Positions 26,083 through 39,852 are shown, numbered from the stretch's first letter. The stretch is 64,000 nucleotides of DNA from Pavona decussata (GCA_977016875.1 CDRNST010000218.1:1674001-1738000), one strand, 5' to 3'. Program-made: numbers and translations. Notes: generated from the letters alone by a model not told the origin.

Positions 26083-26404
26083 TACGACGGCAACGGCAAC
26101 GAAAACTCGTTACCCAGAAATACATACCCACATTAGCTGGTCTATTGTGTGATGATTCCAAACCGTTCTTCTTGTAGCGCGTAGTTGAATTATGTCGGAA
26201 CATAATTAGTACAAAATGCGTTTCCAGGTTCTGTTCTCCTAAGAACTTTTGATTTGATCATTTCACGTTGTTTTAATCTGCCGAGGACGTCAAACAAATG
26301 CATTAAGATTTTCCATGACGCAAAGGCATTATTTTAATATTTTCTCAATTTCTTTGTTTTTGGCTTCAATTGTCATTACCTTCGTGTTTGCGTATTAGGT
26401 TCCT
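26083..26404. mobile_element. MITE family (tagggaccttacg...gacggcaacggcaacgaaaac); related copies near 43429-43760 and 56450-56798
   Basis: Shared gacg(a/g)c..ggcaacga(g/a)aa and ttcacgt motifs; weak terminal inverted repeats. Confidence 0.6.
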
Positions 26405-29400
26405 CACGGAATGGCTTGCAAAGCAGATTAAGTGAAAATACTAATAAAAAAGGATTCTGGTAAGGTTCTTATTATCATTATGTTTTGACTTTTGTAATTA
26501 TTAGTTGCTTAGTTGGTGTTAGTTGGCCACAATTTTTAAGGCCAAAAAATAATAATCATAGATGAGTTAAAAAACAGATTAAACAAACTCATTTTCAGCT
26601 TCACTTAAGCTGATCAGAAAAAATAAACAGAAATGCAAAAGAAAGTTAAAACATTAAAGCTTTAGTTCAAACATTATAAGCAGTACATCTTCTTTTCTCG
26701 CCAAAGCCGTTATAACATGCAACAAGCTTTTCGAATTAAAAAGACATTAATGAGAAATTTATTTCCGCCTATGTAAGCTTTGTATAAGACTTAGGCTCAA
26801 CTTTATACATAGGCAATTAAAATTGCCTTGAAAATTTTTGCCCACTTGTGAAAGATATTTAGTTGGAGTCGCAGCTTTAATCTCTGTCGACAAAAAAGTC
26901 TTTGCAAGCTTCCGTCCAGTAGTCCTTAGACAGCTGTGTATATGGTTACTGTTTCACACGCACATGGCATTAAACGTTTTTATGTTTAACTGTGTCTTAA
27001 TCCTTTCTTATTCCTTGTCTAATTATTTTTAACCGTTCGCGATTAATGTATATCTTAAAAGTATTTCTCATGAACGCAGTTTGAGGAAGTGGTCAGTCTT
27101 AAATCGGCCTTCCGAGCACTTCCAACACAGTTTGAAAGAAAGAAAAAAGGTTGAAAGGAACTTTTCGAAAAAACGGTTTTACAATCATGTAATACTAATA
27201 GAACGGTAATTTGCCTTCCAAACGGTTGGAATGAAAAACTGAAAGTGAAATAATACGTCCGAAGGTCTTCCGCTCCCGTGTCATTTGCATTTCAAATGTT
27301 TGAACCGAGAATTTTAGCTAAATAAAAAACGCCTCACCAGGAGCTCTTTTTTTATTTAGCCCAAATTTTGGTTTATACTTCCGGAAACGTTCCGACTATT
27401 TAGCATCCAGGCGAAGAGCCTGTTTTTTTTATTGGTAGATCAAGACACTTATGTTATGTCCCGCTTAATGGCGAGCGAATCCAATAAAATGAAAATGGAT
27501 ATTTTGTACAAATAGAAGGTAATTTCCGTTCCACCGAACGAAACATTGGAGTGCTGACTCCAATTTAGGTCGTCCGTTTGTTACGGGAAGTGTCCGTTAT
27601 ATGCGGGCTATACAGTTGCAATTAACGGTTTTGCTAAATGGAAAGTGCTTCAGATGATACCGTACATAAGTTAACCTGTGCAAAACGTCTGTTATTTTAC
27701 TGGTACGTGGTTAGGCTAGGGTTGACGACTGCACAGCACTAAATGCACCAGAAACATTCCCCCCTCCATTGCTCTGATTTTCGTGTCATTTATTTATTTA
27801 CTTACTTGTTTATTTTTAAACTTTTTCACTGTCCTACTTCAGAGCGAAATCAAATCTTTCCAGTTCCTTCTACGACTTCGTTTGCTCTTTAATTGCACTT
27901 TATCGTATTCCTGGCTTGCTTGTTGCGTCCTTACTTGAACTATCCTTACCTATTGATCAAAGCAGTCATCCATTTAGAAAACCGAACACGTACGTCTGGT
28001 GGTTTTTCGCTAAAGAGAAGACAGTCATGGATTAAGTCATTTTCACGGCATGTTACTGAAGGAAGATACTGTTTTACCGCACCAGTAAGCGGGTGAAGCT
28101 GTTGAATTTATATTTGGTTTCATGTAGCAAACTCCTGATTTTTTTAAGAATTGTCAATAAAAAGAAATTAAGTATGACTCAGTTATAAATTTGTTCAGTT
28201 CAGTTTGTTCCAGAAAGGTTTCAATTAATTTGTTTAAAACCATTCAAAGAGAGCTTCAATTTGGTCACCTACTGCGCACTAAATACCCTAAACACCTTTT
28301 GGGTATGATTAACCTACTGTACTTAGATTTCATTGCTTCCTTCTCACACACCTCACACGTCAAATTAAAATTTCAATTTTCTCAAAACTGTGTTACCTTT
28401 CAATTTAGTGCCAAGGTGAATCAGTGATGATTGAAAGTTCACGAACGGGTTGGTTGTCGTCTGGCCAGCACTGATATCCAAGATATGCTACGACAGTAAA
28501 CACCGTTAGAGTCGGCACCTTTTAACACAAGCGATGGTGCTGACAAATGAATCACAACGTGAATGATTACAAAAACACAAGAGGAAGATATGCAAATATC
28601 CTGAGGTATTCATAACTTTAAAACACAACAAGCAGACCTTAAGATACTAACCGCAGGCAATACAGGTTGGTATCAGTAAATATATTGAGAGGCTTTACAC
28701 ACATTCTCTTCGCGCCCCCGAAAAAATTAGTTAAAAAAAGTCGAAAAAGTGCGAACGCCAATTAGCTGCTGTATTGTTTGAAACGCAATCTGAACAGACC
28801 ATACAAATACTTTTTCAGCTTGTTCGAGTTCGTACTATTTTATCCCACCAAAGATGTACAAATCTAGATTTGTAAGTTTCGAAAATAGGCACTCGGTGAG
28901 TATTGCATGTATTTTCACGTCTTGACCTTTGTATTCGTGTTTGTGGCTGGATTAGTTTTACTCAAATGACTGACGGAAATTAACATTTGGCGTACCTCAG
29001 CACCTTGCACTGCATCATCGCATATGCGTTTGTTCCTTCTCACGATGAAAATGAGAGTGATATCTCGGACAAATTGAAACTGTCGTTTTTTGCCTTTTAA
29101 ACAAATTTAAATAAACATATTTTCATCATACTTCGCTAATTAGTTGCCATTATAAATCGTTTCAGATTTAGCATGACAGCCTGAGTTTCGTTCTATATTT
29201 CCGACATTTAAATAACAAAATACTTAATCGCTTCTTATTTTGACGCCGAGCCCTGTTTAAAACAGGAAAGAATCTCAGAATAACGTCTGTGACCAGCTGC
29301 TTGGTAATTATTGGGTTTAACCCCATCGTTATCACATCGAAAATTAAAGTCGTAAACGAAATAGCAATCTAAACAAGTGATTTAGATTTACGATTGTCAA

Positions 29401-30408
29401 ATGCTATCATACTTCAAGCTTAAGAGAGGAATATAAAAAACAATGCATGTATATCTTGTCTTAATCTATCAAAAAACGGTTAGTAAATACAAAGTCAGAA
29501 AATGTATCCGCAAAAAAAAAGTAATAAATAAGTGCACGATATTAAACCTGCTTAATTGTTTACATGTTAAACTTTTTGGTTGATGAATCCGCATGTTTGT
29601 GAAATGAAATGCGATATTTTGCCTTTACAATACAGAACTCTTACAATTTGATCAGGTTCGTTTCGCTGGAATATCTGTTCGGACTGAAGGCATTACCCAC
29701 CTAAAAAATAAGACTACATTGTGATGAAAAACTAGAGTTTTCCCCAGCAAAATGTCACCTCAGACTTTCTAAACACCGGAAAACTAATTTCTTTTGTTTT
29801 CGGAAGGGAACTGAAATGTCTCCCTTTGTGCGAAATAAGACCAGATAAGATAGCCTGATCAGAAAGCCGACATCAGCTCCCTAACATTTTATGCGATTTA
29901 AATTTTTAGCTGATCAATCCGAACAAAGAAAGTTGTGTTAGCTGTCGTGTAAGCTTACACTAATTTTCCTGGAAAAAATGCAATGAACTGGAAATAAAGA
30001 AGACAACATTTCAGAATTTTCTTGAATGTTCTCGCTGGGTGTTCCTGTTTAATAAAATTAAGATTAGGTGGCCGACCACGAACTCGCTTCTTCCCCATTT
30101 TCCTTGCGATCCCACGGCCAAAATGTCGCTACTTCGTGTTCGTCACTCACGCTAACGGACAGGAGCGGTTGTCGTATTATATACTGCAACAGTCGTTTCC
30201 ATATTTGGCAAAGATATTGGATAACTGGAGCAGTTTTCAATCTGCTTAAATATCTAAGGGTGAGTTTGATTGTATTGGGGGACAGCGGGGTTGACATTTC
30301 ACAGATGAATGGATGCATGAAAGAATGAATGAATTTTGGTCAATTTTAAGACGTCTTAAAAAGTAGCAGTTTTAAGAAGTTGCAAAAAGTGGCAATTTTA
30401 AGGAGTCT

Positions 30409-30834
30409 TTAAGGGAACCTCCACTCTCACCACAAATTGACGGGTAAGCGTTGGAAATAGTGTCTAAATTCTAAATTTTTGTCTAAAACGTAGAAATTAC
30501 ATTCAAGTGTGTTAAATATTAGATATGATTATCGACAACTTTCGCTTTTTTTTTTCCTGGGGGCAGCCATTTTGAATTTTATGACGAGTAATGGTTACCG
30601 CTATTGTTATTCAGCAGAAGTTCTTTTGTGTAAAACAATTGAGCAACCGTATTACGTCATGAAATCCAAGATGGCGGCGCGCGGGAAATTTAAAAGCGAA
30701 AATAGCCGATAATCAAATCATTTTTTTCCGACACTGAAATATTTATTTCCATGTTTCCCAATGAAATTTTAAAGAAAATTATATTTTCAATAATGTAACG
30801 TTAACATGTTTCGAGAGTGGAGGTTTCCTTTGAA
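30409..30834. mobile_element. TTAA-type (Kolobok-like) MITE
   Basis: ttaa gggaacctccactctc ... gagagtggaggtttcctt tgaa. Confidence 0.75.
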
Positions 30835-31012
30835 AGAGACAATTTTAAGGGATCTAAAAGTGGCAAATTTATGGAGTCTTTAAAGTGTACATGTTAATTA
30901 AGAAAAACATTTAAAAAGAGTTACCGAGGAACAATTAAACAATGGCACGTACAGTTCCTCTTGAAATTTTTAATTTAAAATTTTAAAATTTAAAAATTTA
31001 AATTTAAATCTT

Positions 31013-31313
31013 AATACTTATATAGCGCCCTTTAACATCTAAATGATCAAAGGCGCTTTACAATTCAAGAAAGCTAATATTTTTATAACAGACAATTACA
31101 ATAAAGATGCTATTTTACAACAGATAATTACAAATCAAATCAAATGTTGGTTTTTGAGGAGAGGGGAAAACCGGAGTACCCGGAGAAAAACCTCTCGGAG
31201 CAGAGTAGAGAGGCAACAAACTCAGCCCACTTATGACGCCGAGTCCGGGAATCGAACCCGGGCCATATTGGTGGAAGGCGAGTGCTCAACCACTGCGCCA
31301 ACCCTGCTCCCCA
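31013..31313 (-). mobile_element. tRNA-derived SINE, near full length
   Basis: Minus strand A box TGGCGCAGTGG, B box GGTTCGATTCC, central gtttttctccgggtactccggttttcc domain, LINE-like tail. Confidence 0.88.
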
Positions 31314-33324
31314 TTGCTCTTGTAAATACTTTCATACGTTTCAGTTATAAAGAACGATTCTACTCCTCATTTGCATATTTGAGGTCCCGTGAGTGAGAGA
31401 TAGCGCATGCGCAGTGAAGATCATTACAGCGTTGTGTTCAGTGAGGTTAAGTATGAAAAATCTTTTCGAATCTTTCGCTTTAGCTAATGACAAAATGTTC
31501 GAAAATTCTTTGCATCGTTCACTAAAAACACTCTCTGATTACAAGCAAAAGTGTGTGCGGAGACAACGGTGTCAGTTGTTGTAAAACCCTTGTCAGAATT
31601 GCCATCAACAAAACAAGGATTTAATCTAGTTTCTCACCCTGGCGAAGACCGCGAGGACGCCGCCAAGATAACTGCAGACGGAAGTCTCATTGTTGTACAC
31701 TTTCACGTACATGATGTACCATCGCCTGATAACAAAACGGTTGAAAACAAACGCGAAAGGTGGAGAAATCCTGAAAAGCCTACTACGACTGCAAATGATG
31801 TCAGTAAACAGGGCAGAGAAAAATCCTCGACCAAATCTGGTCCACCCAAAACCGTGAGGCGGAAAGATTCTTACGGCGCAGAACAGTGCTGCCGCTAGTT
31901 CATCCTCGTTGTTGGAGGATATCGATGACATAATATAACAACTGAAACTCTTACTGGCTCTCTGGCAAAAATAGGACCAGTTATAACTGAGACAAAATCG
32001 GCCTATGACAATTATATCAGGTTCTTGATTGCGAGGGCCATGATAACGATGGACCTAAGTCTGAACTTGAACCGACGAGCCTCCAAAGAAAAAGCAAGAG
32101 AGGAATTTAACATGCTAACTGGTATGGCAAAAGTGGTAAAGAAGCCACAACAGGATGGTAAGGAATTTGACTGTGAACTGTCAGAGCTTGTGAAACAATT
32201 TCTTAGTCAGTAAGTAAAGAAGTGAGTAAAAAAGCACGCGTGGACTTGATGGACAAATTTCCTATCCTAGCAACTGCAACTGCAATCGAGTAGAGGTTGT
32301 GCGAGTCAGCCCAGAGATATTAAATAACAGTGTTAGAAAAGAGGTCAAAACTGACGATGTGATGCTCCAGAAAGATGAAAACTCCCTATTAAGGGGTATA
32401 ACTGCATTTAGCAAGTCAGTCAAAGAAGTCAGTGACTTCTAAAGTAGTATTTAAACAGTAGAGACCTCATGGTAGTGGTCAGCATTTTCAAGGAAAGTGG
32501 AAATACATAAGACCAGTCCTTCTTTTTAGGTCGGGGCAGAGGCTCTGTTGGAAAAACAGAGGATCGGATACAAAAATCCACCACAACGAAGCCAATCTCA
32601 ATACCAGCCTCGAGTGACAGTAAAGAAGCCCGGAGAAAAAATAAATAATTACCTGCTAAGACCAGACAAGTCTGGGTTGAAATGTGAGAGTACACTGGTT
32701 AATGAACAAATTGTACAGCCTGGTAGACTGAAATCTCATCAAAAGGAATGGGAAAATATCTAATCAGAATAAGTAATTTTGGACATTGTGAAGGGTTACA
32801 ACATTGATTTCATTTAAGAACCCACTCAGAACCGTCTACCTAAACAACCAACTGACCTGATGGAACTGAGAAAATAGCTTTAAACACACTATTAAAATAA
32901 CTGTTACAGACAGGAGTAATTGAAAATGTGTTCATGATCATGAAGAAGGGGAGGTTATTTCACAAGTTCGTCTGCGCCCAAAAAAGAACAGGAAATGTCG
33001 TATCATGTTAAACTTTGTAAAGAGTTCAAACAAGCATGTGTAAGTAATTGATTTCAAGGTAAATTCACTTCATTTAATGAAAAAGAATTGCTTTATGGGC
33101 TCCCTTGATTTAACAGATGGATATTATTCAGTTTCAATAGCTCAGAATTACAAAAATGTTTGAATTTCAAGAGTACAAGATCAATTTTACTAATTTATTA
33201 CTTTGCCTAATGGTCTGAGCTCTGCACCTGGAATGTTCACGACACTTATGAAGCCAGTTTACTCTACTTTGCGAACTAGAGTTTCTAGTTACTATCTGGA
33301 TGACAGTTTTTTTTTTGGTGAAAC

Positions 33325-33326
<2 letters not shown>

Positions 33327-33400
<74 letters not shown>
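33327..33400 (+). repeat. (AAT)n microsatellite, tail of PLE insertion
   Basis: About 24 perfect AAT units. Confidence 0.95.
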
Positions 33401-33401
<1 letters not shown>

Positions 33402-34140
33402 TTAACTATAAAAGTTAACGTTGAAAAAGAACGACGTTTCGACTTTCCAACGGTCATTTTCAAGTTCAAGATAAGAAGTAAAATTAGCATGTCCTTTTTA
33501 TACAATTGTGAAAGGACTGATGAGATACTGACTAAAAGCTCCAAGAGATCTACATCGAAACAATACAAGAAAATAATAGCGTGAATGATAAAAAAGGAAC
33601 GCTAAATACAATAAAAGGTATTTAAAAGTGAAATAATTAAACAAATAACTTCGCACGGATAGAGCCGCATTGTTTATCCAGTATCGGCTTTAGGGTCGCG
33701 AATAAAAACATCTCGAAGATCAAGCAGTCGAGTTTGCTCTGGCACTTTTTTAGGATTTTAAAGTTGCTTGCAATGGTCTCTGGATCCTTTCCATACTCAT
33801 CCTTTACGTGATTGCCGATTGTTGATCGCCTGTGTCGACTCGTGAAGCCAACATAGTCTGCATCGCACAGACCACACTTGAAACAATAAACAACGTTTTG
33901 TTGATTCACAGTTGGAGGTTTATGTTCCTTTTTTTGCGTTCCCTTTTTTATCATTCACGCTATTATTTTCTTGTATTGTTCCGATGTAGATATCTTGGAG
34001 CTTTTAGTCAGTATCTCATTAGTCCTTTCACAATTGTATAAAAAGGACACGCTAATTTTACTTCTTATCTTGAACTTGAAAATGACCGTTGGACGGTCGA
34101 CCCGTCGTTCTTTTTTAACGTTAACTTTTATAGTTAATCC
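33401..34140 (-). mobile_element. Truncated Penelope-like element: GIY-YIG fragment between ~200-bp inverted pLTRs
   Basis: VVYCFKCGLCDADYVGFTSR...IGNH; 33401-33602 is inverted at 33937-34136. Confidence 0.9.
33429..33467 (-). ncRNA. Minimal type I hammerhead ribozyme motif (PLE type)
   Basis: GAAC-TTGAAAA-T-GAC-CGTTGGAAA-GTC-GAAAC-GTC-GTTC; helix I GAAC/GTTC, helix II GAC/GTC. Confidence 0.75.
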
Positions 34141-34252
34141 GTTTCAAAAAAAAAAATAATAATATACATCTGTACGATAAATATACTAGATTACAGAGAC
34201 AAGAAAGAAAGAAAACCACGAAAATATAATATGTAAAACTTAATCTTAGATC

Positions 34253-34437
34253 TTAAAGGAACCTAGTCAGCCTCCGCCATTTTCGATGCCATCGAAATTA
34301 TTGATATTGCATGGTGAAGCGAAATCTTATTGCTTTACTGTAAGTTGTGTTCCTGAAAGTATGTTCCATTATTTTCACAGTGATTTCGTTCATTTCGACA
34401 TGCTCTGAATAAAATATAATGGCCAAACTCTCGCATA

Positions 34438-34469
<32 letters not shown>

Positions 34470-34473
34470 TTAA
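34253..34473. mobile_element. TTAA-flanked MITE inside DIRS
   Basis: ttaaaggaacctagtcagcc ... ggctgactagggcttaa. Confidence 0.7.
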
Positions 34474-34669
34474 AATCTTAAACAATGAAATGGCTATAGA
34501 AATGTAAACTAACATTTGTCCAATGTCAGACAAACTGACATTTGTCCAATTTCAGACAAATGTACACAATACCCAGTGCACAATACCTATGCCTTGTTTA
34601 GTGACCTAGGATTTAATGTTTCAGAGGAAAAATCAATCACCAAACCAACCCAAGTTGTAGTACACCTAG

Positions 34670-35176
34670 TGAAACTGCAAAACTGCACTGTCCGAAGGAC
34701 TTAGGTGGGTTGTAATTAACAACGCTACGAACGATGCAAAGTGTAGGTTGAAACTGTAATACAAACGAGACTAAAAGTTACAAAAGATTGATAAAATAAA
34801 AGATACGCAAAGGAAATACATCGTATAAGAAACGACGTTAATGATTACTTTCATTGTAAGACCACGGAAAAACGTGGACGAAAGAAAACTCCCACTGGCG
34901 AAGAATCAAAACGAACTGCAAAAGCTTGACTCAGTGCGCTAAGCACGACTGCAAAAAAAAAAAAAAGCCTGTATTGCTGCAAAACTGACACGTATATATA
35001 TAAGATAAATTATGCCAAAAGGAAGAGAAAGCGACGTAAATGAAAAGAAACGTACAAAAGACACTAATGAACAAGTGAAACATAACGCAAAATAACTACA
35101 AGAAAAAACCACGAATGCGTAGAGGGAAAAAACATGAACAAACAAAGAAATTAAGCAAAATGTCGCTTTTAGATCC
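34670..35176 (-). mobile_element. Non-coding insertion with Helitron-like ends inside DIRS RT
   Basis: Splits KPTQVV/HLGFVLNS; flanked by duplicated tacacctag; minus strand reads A|TC...gtccttcggac...CTAG. Confidence 0.55.
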
Positions 35177-35532
35177 TACACCTAGGGTTTGTTTTAAATT
35201 CTCCTACTCTGACAGTTTCACTAGAGAAAAAGTTGAGACACTAACTTGTTTGGGACAAGACCCTCTAAACAGACAGACGTGCTTAATTGGAGAAGCTGCT
35301 CAACTGATTGCCACTTTCGTCTCTCTTTTCCTCCTGGTGTAGAATACGGACCATTTTCTTCAAACAGCTTAAAATTGAAAAAAGAAATTGTTGCTCTTAA
35401 AAAACATCAAGGTTCCTTTTAAGCTTAAATGCAGTTTTTAGATCTATCTAAAACAGATATTCGGTGGTGGACGGAAGAAAGCTGGCAATATGCAAAGAAA
35501 ATTTCTCATGGCAATCCTAATTTTACACTGAC

Positions 35533-35700
35533 AATAGACCAATTTCGATATATTAAAATTCCAGCTTGACTTTGAGGCTTAGGAGAATAAAACAATAGAA
35601 ATTGCATTGAGGTTCAGAGATGAATAATTTATTTCTTTTGTTTAATTCCCCCAAGCCTCGTAGCCAAACTAGAATTTTAATATATCGAAGTTGGTCTATT
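35533..35700. mobile_element. Palindromic MITE inside DIRS RNase H
   Basis: aatagaccaatttcgatatattaaaattc / gaattttaatatatcgaagttggtctatt; inserted just before DASPEGWG. Confidence 0.85.
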
Positions 35701-37571
35701 GATGCCTCCCCGGAAGGATGGGTGCACACCGAGATGACATGAAACCCACTGGTAGCAGGAGGCTTGCACAAGAAATTTCTGAAAATAAACACATCAATTG
35801 CCTTGAACTTGAGGCAGCTAAACCAGGCATCTAAGCTATCTGTGATAAAAAAGATGTGCATATTCTGGTACAACTTGACAATGTTACTGCAGTAATCTAT
35901 TTTAATAATATGGGTGATACCCACTCTAAACCGTACAATAAGGTAATGACAGACATTTGCAATTGGCTTTGTTTCTCAAAAGAAGGCTGCCAACGATATT
36001 CCCGAAATTCATAAGGAAACTTCAGATAGGCTTAGCTGTGAATTTCAAGATAGGACTGAATGGCAGTTAAATCCAAGTGTTTTCAAAATGAGGCGATTGG
36101 GAAGACCAGAAACAGATTTGTTTGCTTCACGACATAACAATCAGCCGGAAGTCCTGTGTCATGGCATGCAGATCCTTATGCCTATGCAAATAATGCAATG
36201 TGTTTAAGATGGAAAGATAAATACGTATATATCTTCCCTCCTTTCAGCATGTTGTCTAGAGTTATCCAAAAGTTGCAGGAAGACCAAGGCCGAGCTTTAG
36301 TCATGATAGCATTATTATCGAGAACACAAGTTCGGTTTCCAAAGATGTGTCACATGTTAATCAGCCAGTCAGTACTTCTACCCTAGGAGGAATCTGTTCT
36401 TCGGCTGCCACACGACAAGACCAAGCTCCATGGCATGTCTCTTGTCCGGACGAGACTCCGACAGAAAATTATTTCTAAATGAACTTGCGATATCCTCTTG
36501 GAATCATGGAGGACTGGGACCACCAAACAGTACAGAGTGTATCTGGAGAAGTGGACCAAATTTACAACAGCAAGAAATGATAATCTCATTCATCCACCTT
36601 TAGCCAACGTTATTGTGTTTTTGACACATTCGTATGACACTGGTAGTAGTTAGTAGTTAGTCAGCAATTAACACTTCCAGGTCTGCAGCAGAAGACCACC
36701 CTGAAAGCCTACTAACAATGAACGAAGACCCTTTGATCAAGAGCTATAGTTTAATAGCTTCCCGTCAAGATTACTCCTTCCAAGATATGTGGCAACCTGG
36801 GATGTGTCTGAAGCTTTGGACTTACTAAAAACGTGGAGTCTTGCACAACAACTGAACTTGAAATTGTGAATGCTTAAATTAGTTATGCTGTGTATGTTAG
36901 TTACTGGACAAAGATGCTTGTTAGTCCATTTAATGGCCATGAAACATATGTCCAAAGGAATCATCATACAAGTTTCACATTGACAAAATTAATTAAAAAC
37001 GACCAGGACAGGGAAGCCACAGGCAGCTCTGGTTTGCCTGCATATCCTGCAGACAGGCGAATATGTGCAGTGACACATATTTAGAAAGTTACACAGTATA
37101 AACATACTAGACTATTTCTTAGCTATGGTAAATCACATCACCCTGTTTTTCAAAGTACTATTTCTAGGTGGGTCAAAAAAGTAATGAAGAAAGCAGTAAG
37201 AGACACTCAAGCCACCAAGTACCAGAGCGGTTTCTACTTCAGCTGCCTTTAGCTACCCCAAGAAACAATCATGGCTGCCGCAGGATGGTTAGCAGAGTGT
37301 ACTTTTGCCACTTATTACAAAAAAGAAGTCAAAGAAGAGGTTAGATTTTGACAATTTGTACTACACTGCTACCATTAGTTGTTACAAGTGTTGCTAGAGG
37401 ACAGAGGCTGTAATAAACCAAATGTTATTGTTATGGATTTTTGTCCAATGCTTTTTTAGTGTAGGGCCCATGTGTTTTAAAGTCTCAAGGGACCTCAAAT
37501 AGGCAAACGAGAAAATAGAATTAAGAACCTGAACAAGCCTTACCTGTAAGGTGAAGCTTGATTGAGGTTCT

Positions 37572-39852
37572 TGAACAAATTCATCAGGCTGGTAGAAGAT
37601 AAACAGTCGATTTAAATGTTCTTACATCATAGCCAGTCTTATTAACGTCTTATTAATGCTGACAGTTTCGGTGACTGTCAGCCATCTTTATCAAAACTTG
37701 AAAAAACATGTAAAGTGTCAGAAGCCTTAAATAGGCTTCTGAAGGTGTTAATTATTGCGATAAATGCGTAAAGTCACTCTGTAGACGCCCCCTCCCCCCC
37801 TGGTTTGGGGGTGACATCATAGTAGCTACGGAATCGCTCCCTGCCATCGAAGTAACCCAACTGAGAACAGAAATAGTCGGAGCGATCAAGTCATCAAAGG
37901 TCCCGAAGAGCAACGTTTCGAAAGGAGAAAAAACGGCACTTCGGTCAATGAAACAGGAGGATTCCATCATGATACTGCCAGCAGACAAGGGAAGAGCCAC
38001 CGTAGTCATGGATAAGACCGAGTATGAGGAAAAAGTCAACACCATGTTGAATGACGCTCACACTTATGAGAAATTGCAGGCCGATCCAACCAGTTCTTAT
38101 AAGAGAAAGCTGATCGAAAAGCTGAGCAAGTTAAAGAAGGATGGTAAGATAACGGAAGATCAGTACAAATACTTGTACCTTACATCTGAGGCCACACCCA
38201 GATTGTACTGCACACCAAAATCCACAAGGCTAACAACCCTCTGAGACCTATTGTGGATTACACAGGATCGATTGGTTACAATACATCTAGAGCCCTAGCT
38301 GACCTCCTGGGACCTCTGGTCGGCACTACGGAACATCATGTCAAAAATTCCAAAGAGCTTGCTGAAGAATTATCTTCAGTCACATTAGAACAAGGAGACA
38401 TGTTCAACTCCCACGATGTTGTGTCACTATTTACCGAGACCCCTGTACAGGAGACAATAACCATCATAAGAGAACGCTTAGATCAAGATCAAGATCTAAA
38501 GAAAAGAACAAACCTAGAGGTTGATGATATAATGGATCTCACAGAATTTATTGCCACCACCACATACTTCAGTTTCAGAGGACAATTATTCAAACAGAAG
38601 TTCGGTGCAGCCATGGGCATCTCAGTATCCCCGATCCTGGCTAACTTCTTTATGGAATGGCTAGAACAACAGGCCATCGCCACTGCTCCCATAGACTGTA
38701 AACCTAAGCTATGGAAACGATATGTGGATGACATCCTTCAAATCATTGAGAGGGAAAATGTGGAGGCTCTGACAGATCATCTCAACGGAATAGACAAAAC
38801 AAACAGCATCAAATTCACGCACGAACCAGAGAAAAATGCCCAGATCCCATTTCTAGACACCCTTATCACCAGGAGGGAGGACGGATCCATCAAACTACTG
38901 GTTAACAGGAACGCCACACACACAGACCAGTACCTGCACATCATCCACTTCAGCACAAACTTGCTGTCATACGGACGTTATTGGAAAGAAGCGACAGTAT
39001 TGTCACGGAGGAAGAAGACCGTAAACAAGAGGAAGAACACACAAGAACAGCCCTCCATACATGTGGTTACCCGGATTGGGCGATAAAGAAGTCAAAGAGC
39101 AAATGAACAGCAAGAAAGCTATTAGAAAGATAAAGCACATAAAAATCAAGAGCAGTGGTGATTGTCTCATATGTCCATTTATTCACGGAGGAAATACAAT
39201 GTATATTCACCAAACACAGGGTAGCCACAGTGATTTAAAAACCTCAAACCACCCTCAGACAGGTTTTAGTTCACCCGAAGGACAATGTTGAGAAGCACAA
39301 AAAGGCTGGAGTGGTGTACAAAATTCCATGCAGCCAATGCGAAAAGATATATATCGGTGAAACAGGGAGACAGCTGGGAACCAGGATCACAGAACACAGA
39401 AAGGAAGCAGAAAAGATCTCTAACAGAAATTTCACAAGAACCACCCGCAGAGCTTCTACCAATGAACACTATGAATCAGCCATAACAGATCACGTCTGTC
39501 AGAACAATCATATTATCAATTGGGAAGCAAGTGAAATAGTTGAGCAGGAAAGCGACAAGTTTAAGCGATGGATTAAGGAAAGCATATGTATTAGATCGAA
39601 CACTCCTACTATGAACAGGGACGAGGGAGCCTATCAGCTTTCTCCCATATGGACACAAGTGATCTCCATTCCCAAACCAGGGGGGAGGGGGCGTCCACAG
39701 AGTCACTTTACGCATTTATCGCAATAATTAACACCTTCAGAAGCCTATTTAAGGCTTCTGACACTTTACATGTTTTTTCAAGTTTTGATAAAGATGGCTA
39801 ACAGTCATCGAAACTGTCAGTATTAATAAGACGTTAATATAAGACTGGCTTT
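37572..39852 (+). mobile_element. Penelope/Poseidon-type PLE, 5'-truncated with inverted pLTR; frameshifted RT + GIY-YIG
   Basis: PADKGRATVVMD, SHDVVSLFT, QKFGAAMG, WKRYVDD, VVYKIPCSQCEKIYIGETGR; 37627-37809 is inverted at 39671-39850; TSD gatt(g/c)aggttct. Confidence 0.93.
39783..39822 (+). ncRNA. Minimal hammerhead-like motif in 3' pLTR (inverted copy at 37657-37697)
   Basis: TTGATAA-A-GATGGC-TAACA-GTCATC-GAAAC-TGTC-AG; 6-bp helix II, weak helix I. Confidence 0.6.

Noticed and set aside
31240-31313. tRNA gene
   Set aside because: A/B boxes continue into a SINE body repeated elsewhere in the window; no proper cloverleaf
33167-33584. Poly-N and poly-L ORFs
   Set aside because: Readthrough of the (AAT)n tract
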